Below the pieces are notes generated by a model. That model worked only from the letters and a program-made list of their open reading frames with translations, did no database searches and was not told the origin of the DNA. A program made the position numbers and the translations under genes. This document shows positions 37,065 to 46,297 of a DNA stretch of 64,000 nucleotides, one piece after another. Where the stretch lies: IMG/VR virus record IMGVR_UViG_3300011008_000003; one strand, 5' to 3'. Each line of letters begins with the position of its first letter. Position 1 is the first letter of the stretch. This stretch comes from a virus. Its lineage: Duplodnaviria > Heunggongvirae > Uroviricota > Caudoviricetes.

Positions 37065-37595
37065 TTATTTATTACGCAAGATTTTCGCAATATTTTCAAC
37101 AACTTGGTCATATCCTGCAATGTTGCCATCGACTCTGGTATATTCGATACCGTTGTCATTGAGAAAGTCAAGAATACGCTGGTCGATATTTCTGGCTTCT
37201 TCTTCGGTCTGGTTTCTTCCGTTCGGATTATAGTCTTTCCTGCGGTCGACGAAGATATTGAACGTATTTTTATATTTCTTTGCCTCGTAAAGACATACAT
37301 CCTGATAAGGCTTTTCATCCGTGTACATTGCCCCGATGGCAATCGGGCTGTCGGTAACGATAACATCTACCTTTCCAAGAAGTCGAGCAACCTTAAGACA
37401 TTGCTTGCCAGTAACATAGAGCTGACAGTGCTGGAGAACGAACTGGTCGCCTTGCCAGACACGATCCTTCGCATATTCTGAGACATATTCAGAATCGATT
37501 CCGGCCATCTTGAGTTTTGCGAAGATATAAGCTGCACCTGTTGACTTTCCCGCGCCTGGACCGGCGTAAAGATTGACTAATAACGTATTTTTCAT
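37065..37595 (-). CDS. NadR/Ttd14-like P-loop kinase (AAA_28)
   Basis: NLYAGPGAGKST, EYVSEYAK, VTDSP, NGRNQTEEEA. Confidence 0.8.
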   Translation of the reverse strand: MKNTLLVNLYAGPGAGKSTGAAYIFAKLKMAGIDSEYVSEYAKDRVWQGDQFVLQHCQLYVTGKQCLKVARLLGKVDVIVTDSPIAIGAMYTDEKPYQDVCLYEAKKYKNTFNIFVDRRKDYNPNGRNQTEEEARNIDQRILDFLNDNGIEYTRVDGNIAGYDQVVENIAKILRNK

Positions 37596-37668
37596 TTTTA
37601 TTCCTCTGTAACAGTTTCAAATATAGCAAAAAATTTGTTACGTATAAGAAAACTGGAAAAAATCTGTA

Positions 37669-37697
37669 TTTACAAAATCGCTCCAGTTTGCTATATT
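37669..37697 (+). promoter_or_regulatory. Early promoter TTTACA-N17-TATATT (divergent from a minus-strand -10 at 37620-37625)
   Basis: ATG 7 nt downstream. Confidence 0.75.
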
Positions 37698-37704
37698 TAT
37701 TGAT

Positions 37705-38904
37705 ATGAAGATTGAATTAGATACAATACAGAATGACCTTTTGAAGACTGGCATGAAGCTCGCTTCTGCTATTTCTCGTTTCAAGACACCAGACAACAGG
37801 CTTTACCAGGCCTATCTCGTCGGTGGCTGTGTTCGAGATATTGTCAGATGGAAGCTGGGCCAGATTGAATTCCCTGAAATTCATGACATTGACATCGCGA
37901 CAAACATGCCGATTGCCGAATTGCAGAAGAACTTCAGAACTGCGAGCAACAACGGCGAAGCTCACGGTACGATTCTCGTGTTCATGGACGGAATTCCTTT
38001 CGAAGTAACTCAGTTCAGAACCGACGGTAAGTATACTGACGGGCGTCGTCCTGATAGTGTCAAGTTTACTGACGACTTCATGCAAGATTGCGCTCGCCGT
38101 GATTTCACGATTAACGCGATGGGTCTTACTGGTAACGGTATCGTATTCGACTATTTCGGCGGTATCAAGGATATTGAACGAAAGTGGATTCGTGCAGTCG
38201 GTGATCCTGTGCAAAGGTTCTCTGAGGACACTCTGAGAATTATGCGTGGTATTCGATTCATGATTAACTTCGATTACGGTATTTCTGATAAGACGTTCGA
38301 AGCCATGAAGACTGTTGTAGACAAGTACAAGTGGAAGCTTGATACCATGCTGTCATATCCCAGGATTCGTGACGAGATTTCCAAGGTTAAGACCAACCAC
38401 GCCGGTTATTTCGGTATTCTTGAAAAGACTGGTCTTCTGAACTGGCTTGTCGCTTTCAGGGATATGGACAAGAAGAACTTGATTCTTCGCCTTATGCGTG
38501 TTCCCCATGTCGACTCCAATAACGTCTTTGCGATTATCGCGTTCGGTGAAGACAAGTATACTCTGCACCGTCTGGCCGGTACTCGTGAAGATAGTCGTTT
38601 GCTCAAGTGGTATAACTACATGGCAAAGAAGCTTGACGAGACACAGGAGAACATGTCATGGGATAGCGTTGTCAAGTTCGTCGAGGGCGATTACAAGGCT
38701 GTTCTCGCAATGACCCAGAAAGTCCCTGCATGGCATAACAGGATTAAGCCTGCTTTGCAGCTTGCCAAAGACAAGCCTGACATGAAGGCGATTACCAAGG
38801 CGATTCAGGATGCGGGTACGAAGCCTGGTCCAAAGTTTGGTCTTGCGGTCGATGCTCTTGTCGAGGCTGATTACGTCGAAAAGGCAAACAAACTCAAGTT
38901 CTAA
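37705..38904 (+). CDS. cca: CCA-adding tRNA nucleotidyltransferase (class II)
   Basis: YLVGGCVRD, DIDIAT, EVTQFR, RRDFTINAM, RFSEDTLRIMRGIRF. Confidence 0.9.
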   Translation: MKIELDTIQNDLLKTGMKLASAISRFKTPDNRLYQAYLVGGCVRDIVRWKLGQIEFPEIHDIDIATNMPIAELQKNFRTASNNGEAHGTILVFMDGIPFEVTQFRTDGKYTDGRRPDSVKFTDDFMQDCARRDFTINAMGLTGNGIVFDYFGGIKDIERKWIRAVGDPVQRFSEDTLRIMRGIRFMINFDYGISDKTFEAMKTVVDKYKWKLDTMLSYPRIRDEISKVKTNHAGYFGILEKTGLLNWLVAFRDMDKKNLILRLMRVPHVDSNNVFAIIAFGEDKYTLHRLAGTREDSRLLKWYNYMAKKLDETQENMSWDSVVKFVEGDYKAVLAMTQKVPAWHNRIKPALQLAKDKPDMKAITKAIQDAGTKPGPKFGLAVDALVEADYVEKANKLKF

Positions 38905-38909
38905 AAAAT

Positions 38910-38933
38910 AAACCCGGTTTTGAACCGGGTTTT
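38910..38933. terminator. Bidirectional intrinsic terminator
   Basis: AAACCCGGTT-TTG-AACCGGGTTT between convergent genes. Confidence 0.8.
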
Positions 38934-38937
38934 CTTT

Positions 38938-39411
38938 TTATCTCTGGAATTTTCTGTTATACAGGACTTTCTTATTTACTTCGTTGACTAACCAGCAGTT
39001 TTGATTTTCTGTCTCCCGTGCATTGTCTCGAAGTTTCTTACAGTAATACTTATTCGGTGGAAGAACATTGACCGCGGTATCATATTGTACCAAAATATCG
39101 TTGTCCATTGCATAATTAAAAAATACATCCTGTACGTATCTGGCATAAATAGACACGAATGATTCATCATACATTTTTGTCTTTTTGCCGTATTCTTTTG
39201 CACGATTAATCAGTTCATCATAATCTTGTGCTTCGATTGCAAGGTACATTTTATCAAGATCATATGTTCCGTCTGATTTGGGCTGTTGCGGAACAAAACC
39301 GATTCCTCTAATGCCTTTAACATTATTATGCGTACAGAAATTGTTTATGATTTCGTGTGCATCGCTAACATAGGCCTGTTCGTTTAATTTTCGTTCTTCT
39401 TCTGTCGTCAT
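38938..39411 (-). CDS. Hypothetical protein
   Basis: GAGGT RBS. Confidence 0.75.
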   Translation of the reverse strand: MTTEEERKLNEQAYVSDAHEIINNFCTHNNVKGIRGIGFVPQQPKSDGTYDLDKMYLAIEAQDYDELINRAKEYGKKTKMYDESFVSIYARYVQDVFFNYAMDNDILVQYDTAVNVLPPNKYYCKKLRDNARETENQNCWLVNEVNKKVLYNRKFQR

Positions 39412-39418
39412 AAGTACC

Positions 39419-39790
39419 TCAGACTAAATTTTTGTCTATAATTTTTTCAACACTGTTATTTAATATTTTCAATATTTCTTTCATTAATATCTTGATTCTG
39501 TTTTGAAGATCTTCATATGATTCTGCATAACGCTTATTAGTACCAATAAAAGACAAAAAATATTTATCACCGGCGATACATATATCATCATATACCTTAA
39601 ATGCACCGTTTTCACAATCGCAATCCCATATAACCGGATAGTCATGTCCATTATTGAGAATTTCAGACTGTAATATACCCATAGCGATACCATATCCTTT
39701 TTTATAATATGGTTCTAGCCCGAGATCCTTTAAAATCTGGACAGCTTCTTCCTGGCTTTCAGCTACGAGTTTGTCGTTTACTATCTTCAT
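39419..39790 (-). CDS. Paralog-array protein 1
   Basis: EEAVQILKDLGLEP..VIWD..FKVY..YAESYED. Confidence 0.75.
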   Translation of the reverse strand: MKIVNDKLVAESQEEAVQILKDLGLEPYYKKGYGIAMGILQSEILNNGHDYPVIWDCDCENGAFKVYDDICIAGDKYFLSFIGTNKRYAESYEDLQNRIKILMKEILKILNNSVEKIIDKNLV

Positions 39791-39791
39791 T

Positions 39792-40202
39792 TTAGTCCAA
39801 TACCGATAATGTGCTTTCAATATCAGAATTATATTCACGTTCAATCTTATATCTAAGATTTTCTCCTAACGCCTTGATTCCGTCTGCCATATCTTCGTAA
39901 GATTCGGCAATCCATCCTTTATGACGGTCTGTTGTATATCTGATTAACTGTTTACCGTCAACAATCCCGCCAATCGATTCCTTAATTGAGGAATAGACAG
40001 TAAACTTACCGGAATTTACATCCCATTCTACTCCGATAGCATGTTCAAATATAGGAGCGTCAGGACTAAGAAAGTCAAGATAAAGCCTGGGATGCTTATA
40101 ATAGCCGCGGACTTTATCTTTAAAGAAATCCGCAGTATAAACTGTAAGGCCTAACGACTTTATTAGTTTTATTGCCTTTGTCATTGATTTCGTACAGTAC
40201 AT
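39792..40202 (-). CDS. Paralog-array protein 2
   Basis: AIKLIKSLGL..VEWD..FTVY..AESYED..YNSDIESTLSVLD. Confidence 0.75.
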   Translation of the reverse strand: MYCTKSMTKAIKLIKSLGLTVYTADFFKDKVRGYYKHPRLYLDFLSPDAPIFEHAIGVEWDVNSGKFTVYSSIKESIGGIVDGKQLIRYTTDRHKGWIAESYEDMADGIKALGENLRYKIEREYNSDIESTLSVLD

Positions 40203-40204
40203 AA

Positions 40205-40588
40205 TTAATCCAACGTGCTAAGGGTATCTGTTAAATCCATATTGTGGAAAAATACCATATAGTCTTTAAGTTCGTTCTTAATCGATTCGACTATTTGTTT
40301 CATCTGGTCGATAGACTTCGCATAATTAGCAAAACCGATAGCTTTCGGAAGAAGCTGGAAATTATCTCGAGTTCCGACAAGACAATCATAGATTTCGAAC
40401 TTACAAGTCTTCTGGTCCCAGTGAAATACTGTTTCACTCTTATGCATGAACATATTATTTTCTAATTTGGCGTCAATACCGTCATAGTTGGTATCAAACA
40501 CCTGTTCGCTTAACGTCGGCGTCAAACCGAGGTCATGTTCGATTATATGATAGACTTGAAAAATATCGAGAACAACTAAATCTTCCAT
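40205..40588 (-). CDS. Paralog-array protein 3
   Basis: DLGL..FHWD..FEIY..YAKSID..HNMDLTDTLSTLD. Confidence 0.75.
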   Translation of the reverse strand: MEDLVVLDIFQVYHIIEHDLGLTPTLSEQVFDTNYDGIDAKLENNMFMHKSETVFHWDQKTCKFEIYDCLVGTRDNFQLLPKAIGFANYAKSIDQMKQIVESIKNELKDYMVFFHNMDLTDTLSTLD

Positions 40589-40590
40589 AA

Positions 40591-40962
40591 TTACTCCAAA
40601 CAGGATAAATCTTCATCTATCTTATTATTATGATAATTGATTACGATGGTGTTTAAATTCTCTCGAACTTCTTTGATAACGTCTTTAATCTGTTCTACGG
40701 AATCAGCATAGACATTTCCTTCAGAAGAAAAATAGAAATTATCGTAAGATCTTGTCTTTCTTGTAGCTTGGATAATATTGGGATAAATCTGAACTCTCCC
40801 GTTATCTACATCGCACCAACATACCATAATGTAATCCTGGCCCTTTACGAGAGCAGGATGTTTGATTACGCCTTGCACGAGCTTTGCTTTACCATATTCA
40901 GGTTCAATACCTAATTCCTTAAGCAATGCTTCCGCTTCTTCTACAGTATCAATTTTTAACAT
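40591..40962 (-). CDS. Paralog-array protein 4
   Basis: EEAEALLKELGIE..HPALVKG..YADSVE..HNNKIDEDLSCLE. Confidence 0.75.
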   Translation of the reverse strand: MLKIDTVEEAEALLKELGIEPEYGKAKLVQGVIKHPALVKGQDYIMVCWCDVDNGRVQIYPNIIQATRKTRSYDNFYFSSEGNVYADSVEQIKDVIKEVRENLNTIVINYHNNKIDEDLSCLE

Positions 40963-41342
40963 CAGTCTAACGCCTCCAGCGCTTTTTCGATATTGACGTT
41001 ATATATTTCAACATAATATTTGTCAAGAGTTTTTTTCAAATTTTTAACGGCATCGCAAAACTGTTCAGTTGTTATAATCGGTTTTTGCATTTTTGGAATC
41101 CTAAAACAAAATCTAGGTACTCCGGTTCCATCGTCGGACAAACGATTAATGTCAGTATACAGGTTTAAATTCTGACATACTGGTTCCCACTTTACAACAT
41201 AGTCAGAACCGCCAACTAATGCCGGATGGTCCATATAACCGCAATAGCATTCATCCAATGAATCTACAATCACATGCAGACCAGCTTCTTTCATAAAAGC
41301 TACAGCATCATCGTTTGTCGTTATTTCTGCGATTCTACCCAT
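40962..41342 (-). CDS. Paralog-array protein 5
   Basis: DDAVAFMKEAGL..HPALVGG..YNVNIEKALEALD. Confidence 0.75.
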   Translation of the reverse strand: MGRIAEITTNDDAVAFMKEAGLHVIVDSLDECYCGYMDHPALVGGSDYVVKWEPVCQNLNLYTDINRLSDDGTGVPRFCFRIPKMQKPIITTEQFCDAVKNLKKTLDKYYVEIYNVNIEKALEALD

Positions 41343-41806
41343 TTTGACAATAATTCCTTAAATTCTTCAGTGCTCATATTTACAAGAGATGCTACTGAAG
41401 GCTGTTTATCATCGAGAACATTTAACGTTTTTTCAATATCTTTATTATATTCTTTGATAACTTTTCCTTTTATGCGTTCAATAAGGTCATTTTTAAGATA
41501 AGTAATTTCTTCTTTGTTTATAAGATACTTATTTCCGTCTAGTCTAGGTAACAATATGAATTCTATTTTTCCGTTATATTTTCTGGCTTTATATAATGTG
41601 TTATAAATTTCGAATTTAAAACTTCTTTCTAAATGGAGTAAGTCAAAACCATGCCATTTAATAAAATAACAACATCCATCATATAAATTGTCATGATAAA
41701 GCTCGGCACACAGCTTACCATTATCATACATGGTATCTAGTCCGAACTCATCCATGATTTTCTTTGCCTGTTTAAAAGTATATGCTTTTAGATACTTAAC
41801 TGACAT
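41321..41806 (-). CDS. Paralog-array protein 6
   Basis: QAKKIMDEFGL..IKW..FEIY..YNKDIEKTLNVLD. Confidence 0.75.
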   Translation of the reverse strand: MSVKYLKAYTFKQAKKIMDEFGLDTMYDNGKLCAELYHDNLYDGCCYFIKWHGFDLLHLERSFKFEIYNTLYKARKYNGKIEFILLPRLDGNKYLINKEEITYLKNDLIERIKGKVIKEYNKDIEKTLNVLDDKQPSVASLVNMSTEEFKELLSKWVESQK

Positions 41807-42216
41807 TATAATGCCTCTATTGCTTCGTCAAGTTCTTCAATTTTATCGTTTTTCATTCGTTCATATAGTTTACGGACGACATTATCGATTGCAGTACGAA
41901 GTTCTTTAATATTATCGATCTCGACATATTTAGCGCCTTCAGATTCAAATACATTAAATGAATAACCGCCATAAAGTCTTTCTATTTCTGTCGCGACACG
42001 GAACTTAAAATCACCGTTTATTAATATAAGTTGAATAATTGGAGTAGCGCCTTTACCAATTATTTCTGGTCCAAAATCTTTAGAACCTAAAACACAATTA
42101 TATTCGTCAAAAAACGGTCTAGCACGTTGGTCATCCATTTTAACATATACAAGACCAACTGCTTCGATTGACTTTTTTGCGGCATCGTAAACTTCGTCTA
42201 ATGATTTATAGTTCAC
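41806..42216 (-). CDS. Paralog-array protein 7 (divergent)
   Basis: AKKSIEAVGL..ELDEAIEAL. Confidence 0.7.
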   Translation of the reverse strand: MNYKSLDEVYDAAKKSIEAVGLVYVKMDDQRARPFFDEYNCVLGSKDFGPEIIGKGATPIIQLILINGDFKFRVATEIERLYGGYSFNVFESEGAKYVEIDNIKELRTAIDNVVRKLYERMKNDKIEELDEAIEAL

Positions 42217-42652
42217 TTAAAACCTCTTCAACTTTTTCGTTATGGATTTCTACTGCAAGGTCAAAGACACGTTTCTTCGTATCGTTAAACCATTTCACCA
42301 ACTGTTCATGCCAGTCTGAACCGTTTATCGGCAGAATCTGTCTGGAATTCTTCTCGTCAGCACAGAATATGATACATGGAACATGCCTAATTTTATCATC
42401 AGCCGTCAATATCGTATCGGAAGTTTTTACAGGTTCATAAAGCAAAAATCCAGAAAATGGAGACCAACGCAATACAACGGTACGTTTCCTTCTTATAGCG
42501 TCGCTATGCCAATAACCGTATATGAATACCGTCTGCGGATTATCTTTGGCTTCTAGGCCAAGTTCTTCCATGACCTCTATGGCTTTGTCTGCCGTAAATA
42601 TATGACGTACGGTTGTCGTATTATTCGTAGGTTTATAAAAAGTATCACTCAT
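42206..42652 (-). CDS. Paralog-array protein 8
   Basis: KAIEVMEELGLE..LRW..HNEKVEEVLSEL. Confidence 0.75.
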   Translation of the reverse strand: MSDTFYKPTNNTTTVRHIFTADKAIEVMEELGLEAKDNPQTVFIYGYWHSDAIRRKRTVVLRWSPFSGFLLYEPVKTSDTILTADDKIRHVPCIIFCADEKNSRQILPINGSDWHEQLVKWFNDTKKRVFDLAVEIHNEKVEEVLSEL

Positions 42653-42654
42653 AA

Positions 42655-43068
42655 TTAACCTTCAAGTGCGTCAAGTGCAGAATTAATTTCAAGATTATAA
42701 TAATGTACTCGATAGTCGTTCAGTTCTTTCGTGATTTTTGCCGCAATATCCCTAGGGTCTTCATTTTTCTTTAAATATCTGATTTTCCTCAATGAACGTA
42801 AAACGAATTTCTGCGGTTCAAGCTGGAAAATATCGCTATGGTCGGCGACTACATCGAATATCGTAAATTTGAAACTACTTTTCAACCCGTCTACCATAAA
42901 GCTGTTCCATACGATGAAAAATCCGGTTCCGCCCTGTAACATGTCGTTTTCTATCAAGGCGCCGATCTGTTTGTCACTGCAAATGAACGTAGGCCTATAT
43001 CCGAAGGACTTAAGAAATTCGTATGCCTGGTTTTTCGTAAAGCAAATTTTATCATCAAACATAATCAA
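42655..43068 (-). CDS. Paralog-array protein 9
   Basis: QAYEFLKSFGY..IVWN..YNLEINSALDALE. Confidence 0.75.
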   Translation of the reverse strand: MIMFDDKICFTKNQAYEFLKSFGYRPTFICSDKQIGALIENDMLQGGTGFFIVWNSFMVDGLKSSFKFTIFDVVADHSDIFQLEPQKFVLRSLRKIRYLKKNEDPRDIAAKITKELNDYRVHYYNLEINSALDALEG

Positions 43069-43433
43069 CCCAAATCGTTAAGTGCGTCCATTGTTTCGCG
43101 GTTACAGATTGTCAAGTAATACTTATTGATTTTCTTTTTCATGTCTTTAAATTTCTTATCAAACTTTTCTTCCCAGTCGAATGTATCGGTCGAAATATAT
43201 TTCCTGAATTCGTCGCGTGGAAACGTAAATTCGATAATACGACCAGCCCTGTCATTACGTTTCGTAAAGAAACAAAATCCTTTATCACGGTCCCACATGA
43301 TAACTCGCCGAGAAGCCCAGCCGTGGAGTTTTTCAAAAATCGGGTGTTCGTAAATACCGTAAAGTATTCCCATACCATACTCTACTTCCAGTCCACGTTC
43401 TTTTAAAAAATCTGCTGCTTGGTTCATAAACAT
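43065..43433 (-). CDS. Paralog-array protein 10 (leaderless first gene)
   Basis: Start moved to ATG 43433; QAADFLKERGLE..HP..IMWD..CNRETMDALNDLG. Confidence 0.75.
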   Translation of the reverse strand: MFMNQAADFLKERGLEVEYGMGILYGIYEHPIFEKLHGWASRRVIMWDRDKGFCFFTKRNDRAGRIIEFTFPRDEFRKYISTDTFDWEEKFDKKFKDMKKKINKYYLTICNRETMDALNDLG

Positions 43434-43439
43434 GTGTAT

Positions 43440-43473
43440 AATATAATAAAAAGGGTGACTTTCGTCAACCCTT
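43440..43473 (-). promoter_or_regulatory. Fused terminator/early promoter element
   Basis: AAGGGTTGAC-GAAA-GTCACCCTTTTT; TTGACG-N17-TATATT. Confidence 0.88.
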
Positions 43474-43497
43474 TCCTTATCTCCATTATACCCAAAT

Positions 43498-43797
43498 TTA
43501 CTTCCAGCTATTACAGTCTTCAGGGAAATGCTTTGCACATTGAAGCATCTTGCCGATACCGTAAGAGCAATGCTGACAATGCTTGCACTGTTCAGGTACA
43601 TTCAGAACGAATTTCTCAAGGAAATGCTTTGCGTCTTCCATAGTCATACAGCTGATTGTATGAGACATAGTACGGTCGGCGTAATGCCAAACCGAAGCGA
43701 AGTTTTTCCAGAAGAACCAGCCCTTCCATTGCGGAAGATAACAGCTGTCGTTAACCTTCTTGATTCGATACTTGTTGCCGATTTTCAGAATTTCCAT
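43498..43797 (-). CDS. Hypothetical protein, Cys-rich C-terminus
   Basis: KYRI..YLPQWKGWFFW; CKHCQHC..C..C. Confidence 0.7.
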   Translation of the reverse strand: MEILKIGNKYRIKKVNDSCYLPQWKGWFFWKNFASVWHYADRTMSHTISCMTMEDAKHFLEKFVLNVPEQCKHCQHCSYGIGKMLQCAKHFPEDCNSWK

Positions 43798-44173
43798 TTT
43801 TATTTCCCCGTTCTAAGTTTGCAATTTTTTGTTCAAGCATTTCGATTTTTTCTCGATTCCATTTATCGAGCCATGGTCCGTTTACCGCCCAGAAACGTTC
43901 GTCGATACTACATGCGGCCAATTGTCCGTATTTATCAGTCAAACGATTTCGTTTAAACTCGGCTAGCTGTTCTGGTCTCATCCGCCTTTTGTCTTCAGTA
44001 GTAATTTCAAAAATACTCGGTTCAGAATCAACCTTATGACCGTCGTGAGCATATAAGGGCGTAACGCTTATGACCGGATATGAGATCTTACCCCAGGATT
44101 CGTTAATCCCGATTGAAATTACCGGATTGCCATTAATTTTTTGTAATTCTGCGATAAGATCTTCTTTTCTCAT
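43751..44173 (-). CDS. Hypothetical protein
   Basis: 140 aa. Confidence 0.7.
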   Translation of the reverse strand: MRKEDLIAELQKINGNPVISIGINESWGKISYPVISVTPLYAHDGHKVDSEPSIFEITTEDKRRMRPEQLAEFKRNRLTDKYGQLAACSIDERFWAVNGPWLDKWNREKIEMLEQKIANLERGNKNGNSENRQQVSNQEG

Positions 44174-44174
44174 G

Positions 44175-44495
44175 TTAAATCATTCCCCAGTGCTGTACGA
44201 GACCGATAATCAAAAGGACAAACATCGGAATGAATGCCAAGAACTTAAAAAGTCCGACAATCTTTCCTGTAATCATTTGCAAAAAGCCGCCGCCGATTAT
44301 CAGCAGGAATAAAGTTGCGACAATGATACCGATAACGAAAGCCAAGATTCCGCCGTATGAAATTGCAAAGGCACACATGCCAATTTCAAGTACGTCAAAG
44401 ATAACAACAGGAATGCTTCCCTTTTCACCGAAAAGCTGCTTAACCAGGTCGATACCTTCGTAAATTGCGAAAATGGTTAGAATTGTTGCAAGCAT
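44175..44495 (-). CDS. Membrane protein (about 4 TM)
   Basis: Hydrophobic; AAGGAG RBS. Confidence 0.75.
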   Translation of the reverse strand: MLATILTIFAIYEGIDLVKQLFGEKGSIPVVIFDVLEIGMCAFAISYGGILAFVIGIIVATLFLLIIGGGFLQMITGKIVGLFKFLAFIPMFVLLIIGLVQHWGMI

Positions 44496-44509
44496 TGTTT
44501 ATCTCCTTA

Positions 44510-44944
44510 TTAGAAAAATGAATGACCGTAAAAATTGATGCAAGCCTGACGGAGTTCTTCCCTGGTCGGCGTATGATAGCTGTCCTTTCCGGTAAGCTTC
44601 TGGACAACCGAGCGAGCGACCTCATGCTGGAGCCTATCGCGACGTTCGTCGTCATAGAAAAGTTCAGGACCGCAATCAGGAACTTCGTTGAGTTTCTTGC
44701 AAATCTGGTTAAAACGCTTGCCAATGTCCTTGATAATTTCCGCATCGGCCTTATCCTTGAACGCTCCCATTTCCTGGAACGTGAAGTAGGACTTACCGTC
44801 CTTATTTTCAAAACCTTTCATATGCGGCCAGTATTTTGCGCACCAGGAACAGTTTTCACCGGCGCCGTCTGACATCTGACCGCTGAGGCCGTCAAGCATG
44901 TCAATTTCATCTTTAGTCATTGTAGGAATTTCAATAGTCTTCAT
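44510..44944 (-). CDS. Hypothetical protein
   Basis: Start MKTIEIP after promoter and AAGG RBS; GQMSDG motif. Confidence 0.75.
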   Translation of the reverse strand: MKTIEIPTMTKDEIDMLDGLSGQMSDGAGENCSWCAKYWPHMKGFENKDGKSYFTFQEMGAFKDKADAEIIKDIGKRFNQICKKLNEVPDCGPELFYDDERRDRLQHEVARSVVQKLTGKDSYHTPTREELRQACINFYGHSFF

Positions 44945-44971
44945 TTTATACCTTTTTGGTTCGATATATTT

Positions 44972-45008
44972 AATATAGCAAAAGAGTTGACTAGTGTCAA
45001 CCCCCTTT
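44972..45008 (-). promoter_or_regulatory. Fused terminator/early promoter element
   Basis: GGGGTTGAC-ACTA-GTCAACTC-TTTT; TTGACA-N17-TATATT. Confidence 0.88.
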
Positions 45009-45419
45009 TTAATCAAGAACATTTAACAATTGTTCCATTTCCTTATTCTTGTCGTTCGTAATGAGCTTAACGATTTTCTTTTTTACGACGTTTATCGCAT
45101 AATTTAAATCTTCCGGTTCATTTGCATAAAGCATATGCTTGTGTGAACACATGAGAATCATTCCGTTTTCATGTTTTCTATTGTTAAGCCAACATACCGA
45201 CGGGAATATACCGATACGTTTATTTCTGATGTCCCAGGAAAATATAGCGCTTTTACCGTGAGATAGATATTCATTTTTCAAATGTCCATGAATAGATAAC
45301 GGCGAAACAAGAATCGGATCGTCTTCTTCAATTATAAGGTCATACGATTTGAATAACTCCTTTACTTCTTCAGGAGTTTCTATCTTCAAATTTCCGTTTT
45401 CTTTATATTTCGAGTACAT
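45009..45419 (-). CDS. Paralog-array protein 11
   Basis: KIETPEEVKELFKSYDL..FSWD..YANEPED..KNKEMEQLLNVLD. Confidence 0.75.
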   Translation of the reverse strand: MYSKYKENGNLKIETPEEVKELFKSYDLIIEEDDPILVSPLSIHGHLKNEYLSHGKSAIFSWDIRNKRIGIFPSVCWLNNRKHENGMILMCSHKHMLYANEPEDLNYAINVVKKKIVKLITNDKNKEMEQLLNVLD

Positions 45420-45420
45420 A

Positions 45421-45735
45421 TCAATCCAAAACTTTAATAATTTTATTTACATTTCTGTTATGGATAAATTCAATATCGATTTTCCAGCCGTTACGCAGAA
45501 GATCCTGTATCAGACAGAACGGAGAATAGTTTTCGAAAAGATGTTCATTTGTATCTACGTCATAAAGTACATATTGGTCTTCCCAATGATCGACTTCATG
45601 GGAATGAATATATACTTTACGTTTATTCCGGTCACGGTCGATTACTATAAAGTGTTCATCTATAGTAAAATCTACCAGTAATTTCCAGAGGTCGTCGATT
45701 TCTCGCTGTGACGGTTCATATACCCAGTTTTCCAT
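45421..45735 (-). CDS. Hypothetical protein with array-type C-terminal motif
   Basis: Ends HNRNVNKIIKVLD. Confidence 0.7.
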   Translation of the reverse strand: MENWVYEPSQREIDDLWKLLVDFTIDEHFIVIDRDRNKRKVYIHSHEVDHWEDQYVLYDVDTNEHLFENYSPFCLIQDLLRNGWKIDIEFIHNRNVNKIIKVLD

Positions 45736-45736
45736 A

Positions 45737-46297
45737 TTATTTCCTGATACTGTCAAAGTCCTTGATGAGCTTTTTAACTATATGCTCATTTTCTTCTTTT
45801 CGCTGCTGAGCTTCTTCTGCCTTCTTCTGCTTGCGTTCATCAACGGAAACAAAATAAATCGGGAGCTTATAGAAGAAGAAATACAGAGTAGCGAGAATAC
45901 TCTTGAACAACATCGCAATTGCCCAGACGATTGTAAGAGTCGTCCAGTTGAATACAGGACCCAATACCATCATGCAACTGACATTGACATAGAAATAACC
46001 AAGCTTCTGGTTTTTCTCCTTGTTTTCACCACGAGATTCTGTCAGGACTGCGCCGTAAAGGAATATCGCAAACGCTAAGATAATGTAGAGCACGCAGAAA
46101 AATGCTAGCAAAACCGGATGTTCAGCCCAGACCATATCAGGCCAGCCGAAAACAAACGGAGTATTGGGATGAGTACAGGCACCGATTGCCTGCAGGACGA
46201 ACATAATCGCTGTATATGTAAGCAAAACTGCAAACCATGCACAGTTTACGAGTTCACTGTTCCAGTTAATGGCTTTCTTGAATTTAAACAAAGACAT
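45737..46297 (-). CDS. Membrane protein
   Basis: About 4 TM segments. Confidence 0.7.
   Translation of the reverse strand: MSLFKFKKAINWNSELVNCAWFAVLLTYTAIMFVLQAIGACTHPNTPFVFGWPDMVWAEHPVLLAFFCVLYIILAFAIFLYGAVLTESRGENKEKNQKLGYFYVNVSCMMVLGPVFNWTTLTIVWAIAMLFKSILATLYFFFYKLPIYFVSVDERKQKKAEEAQQRKEENEHIVKKLIKDFDSIRK

Noticed and set aside
43434-43601. N-terminal extensions in the ORF track (43601, 8270, 45022, 57696, 39844)
   Set aside because: They run through promoter/terminator elements or overlap upstream genes; starts were reassigned downstream.
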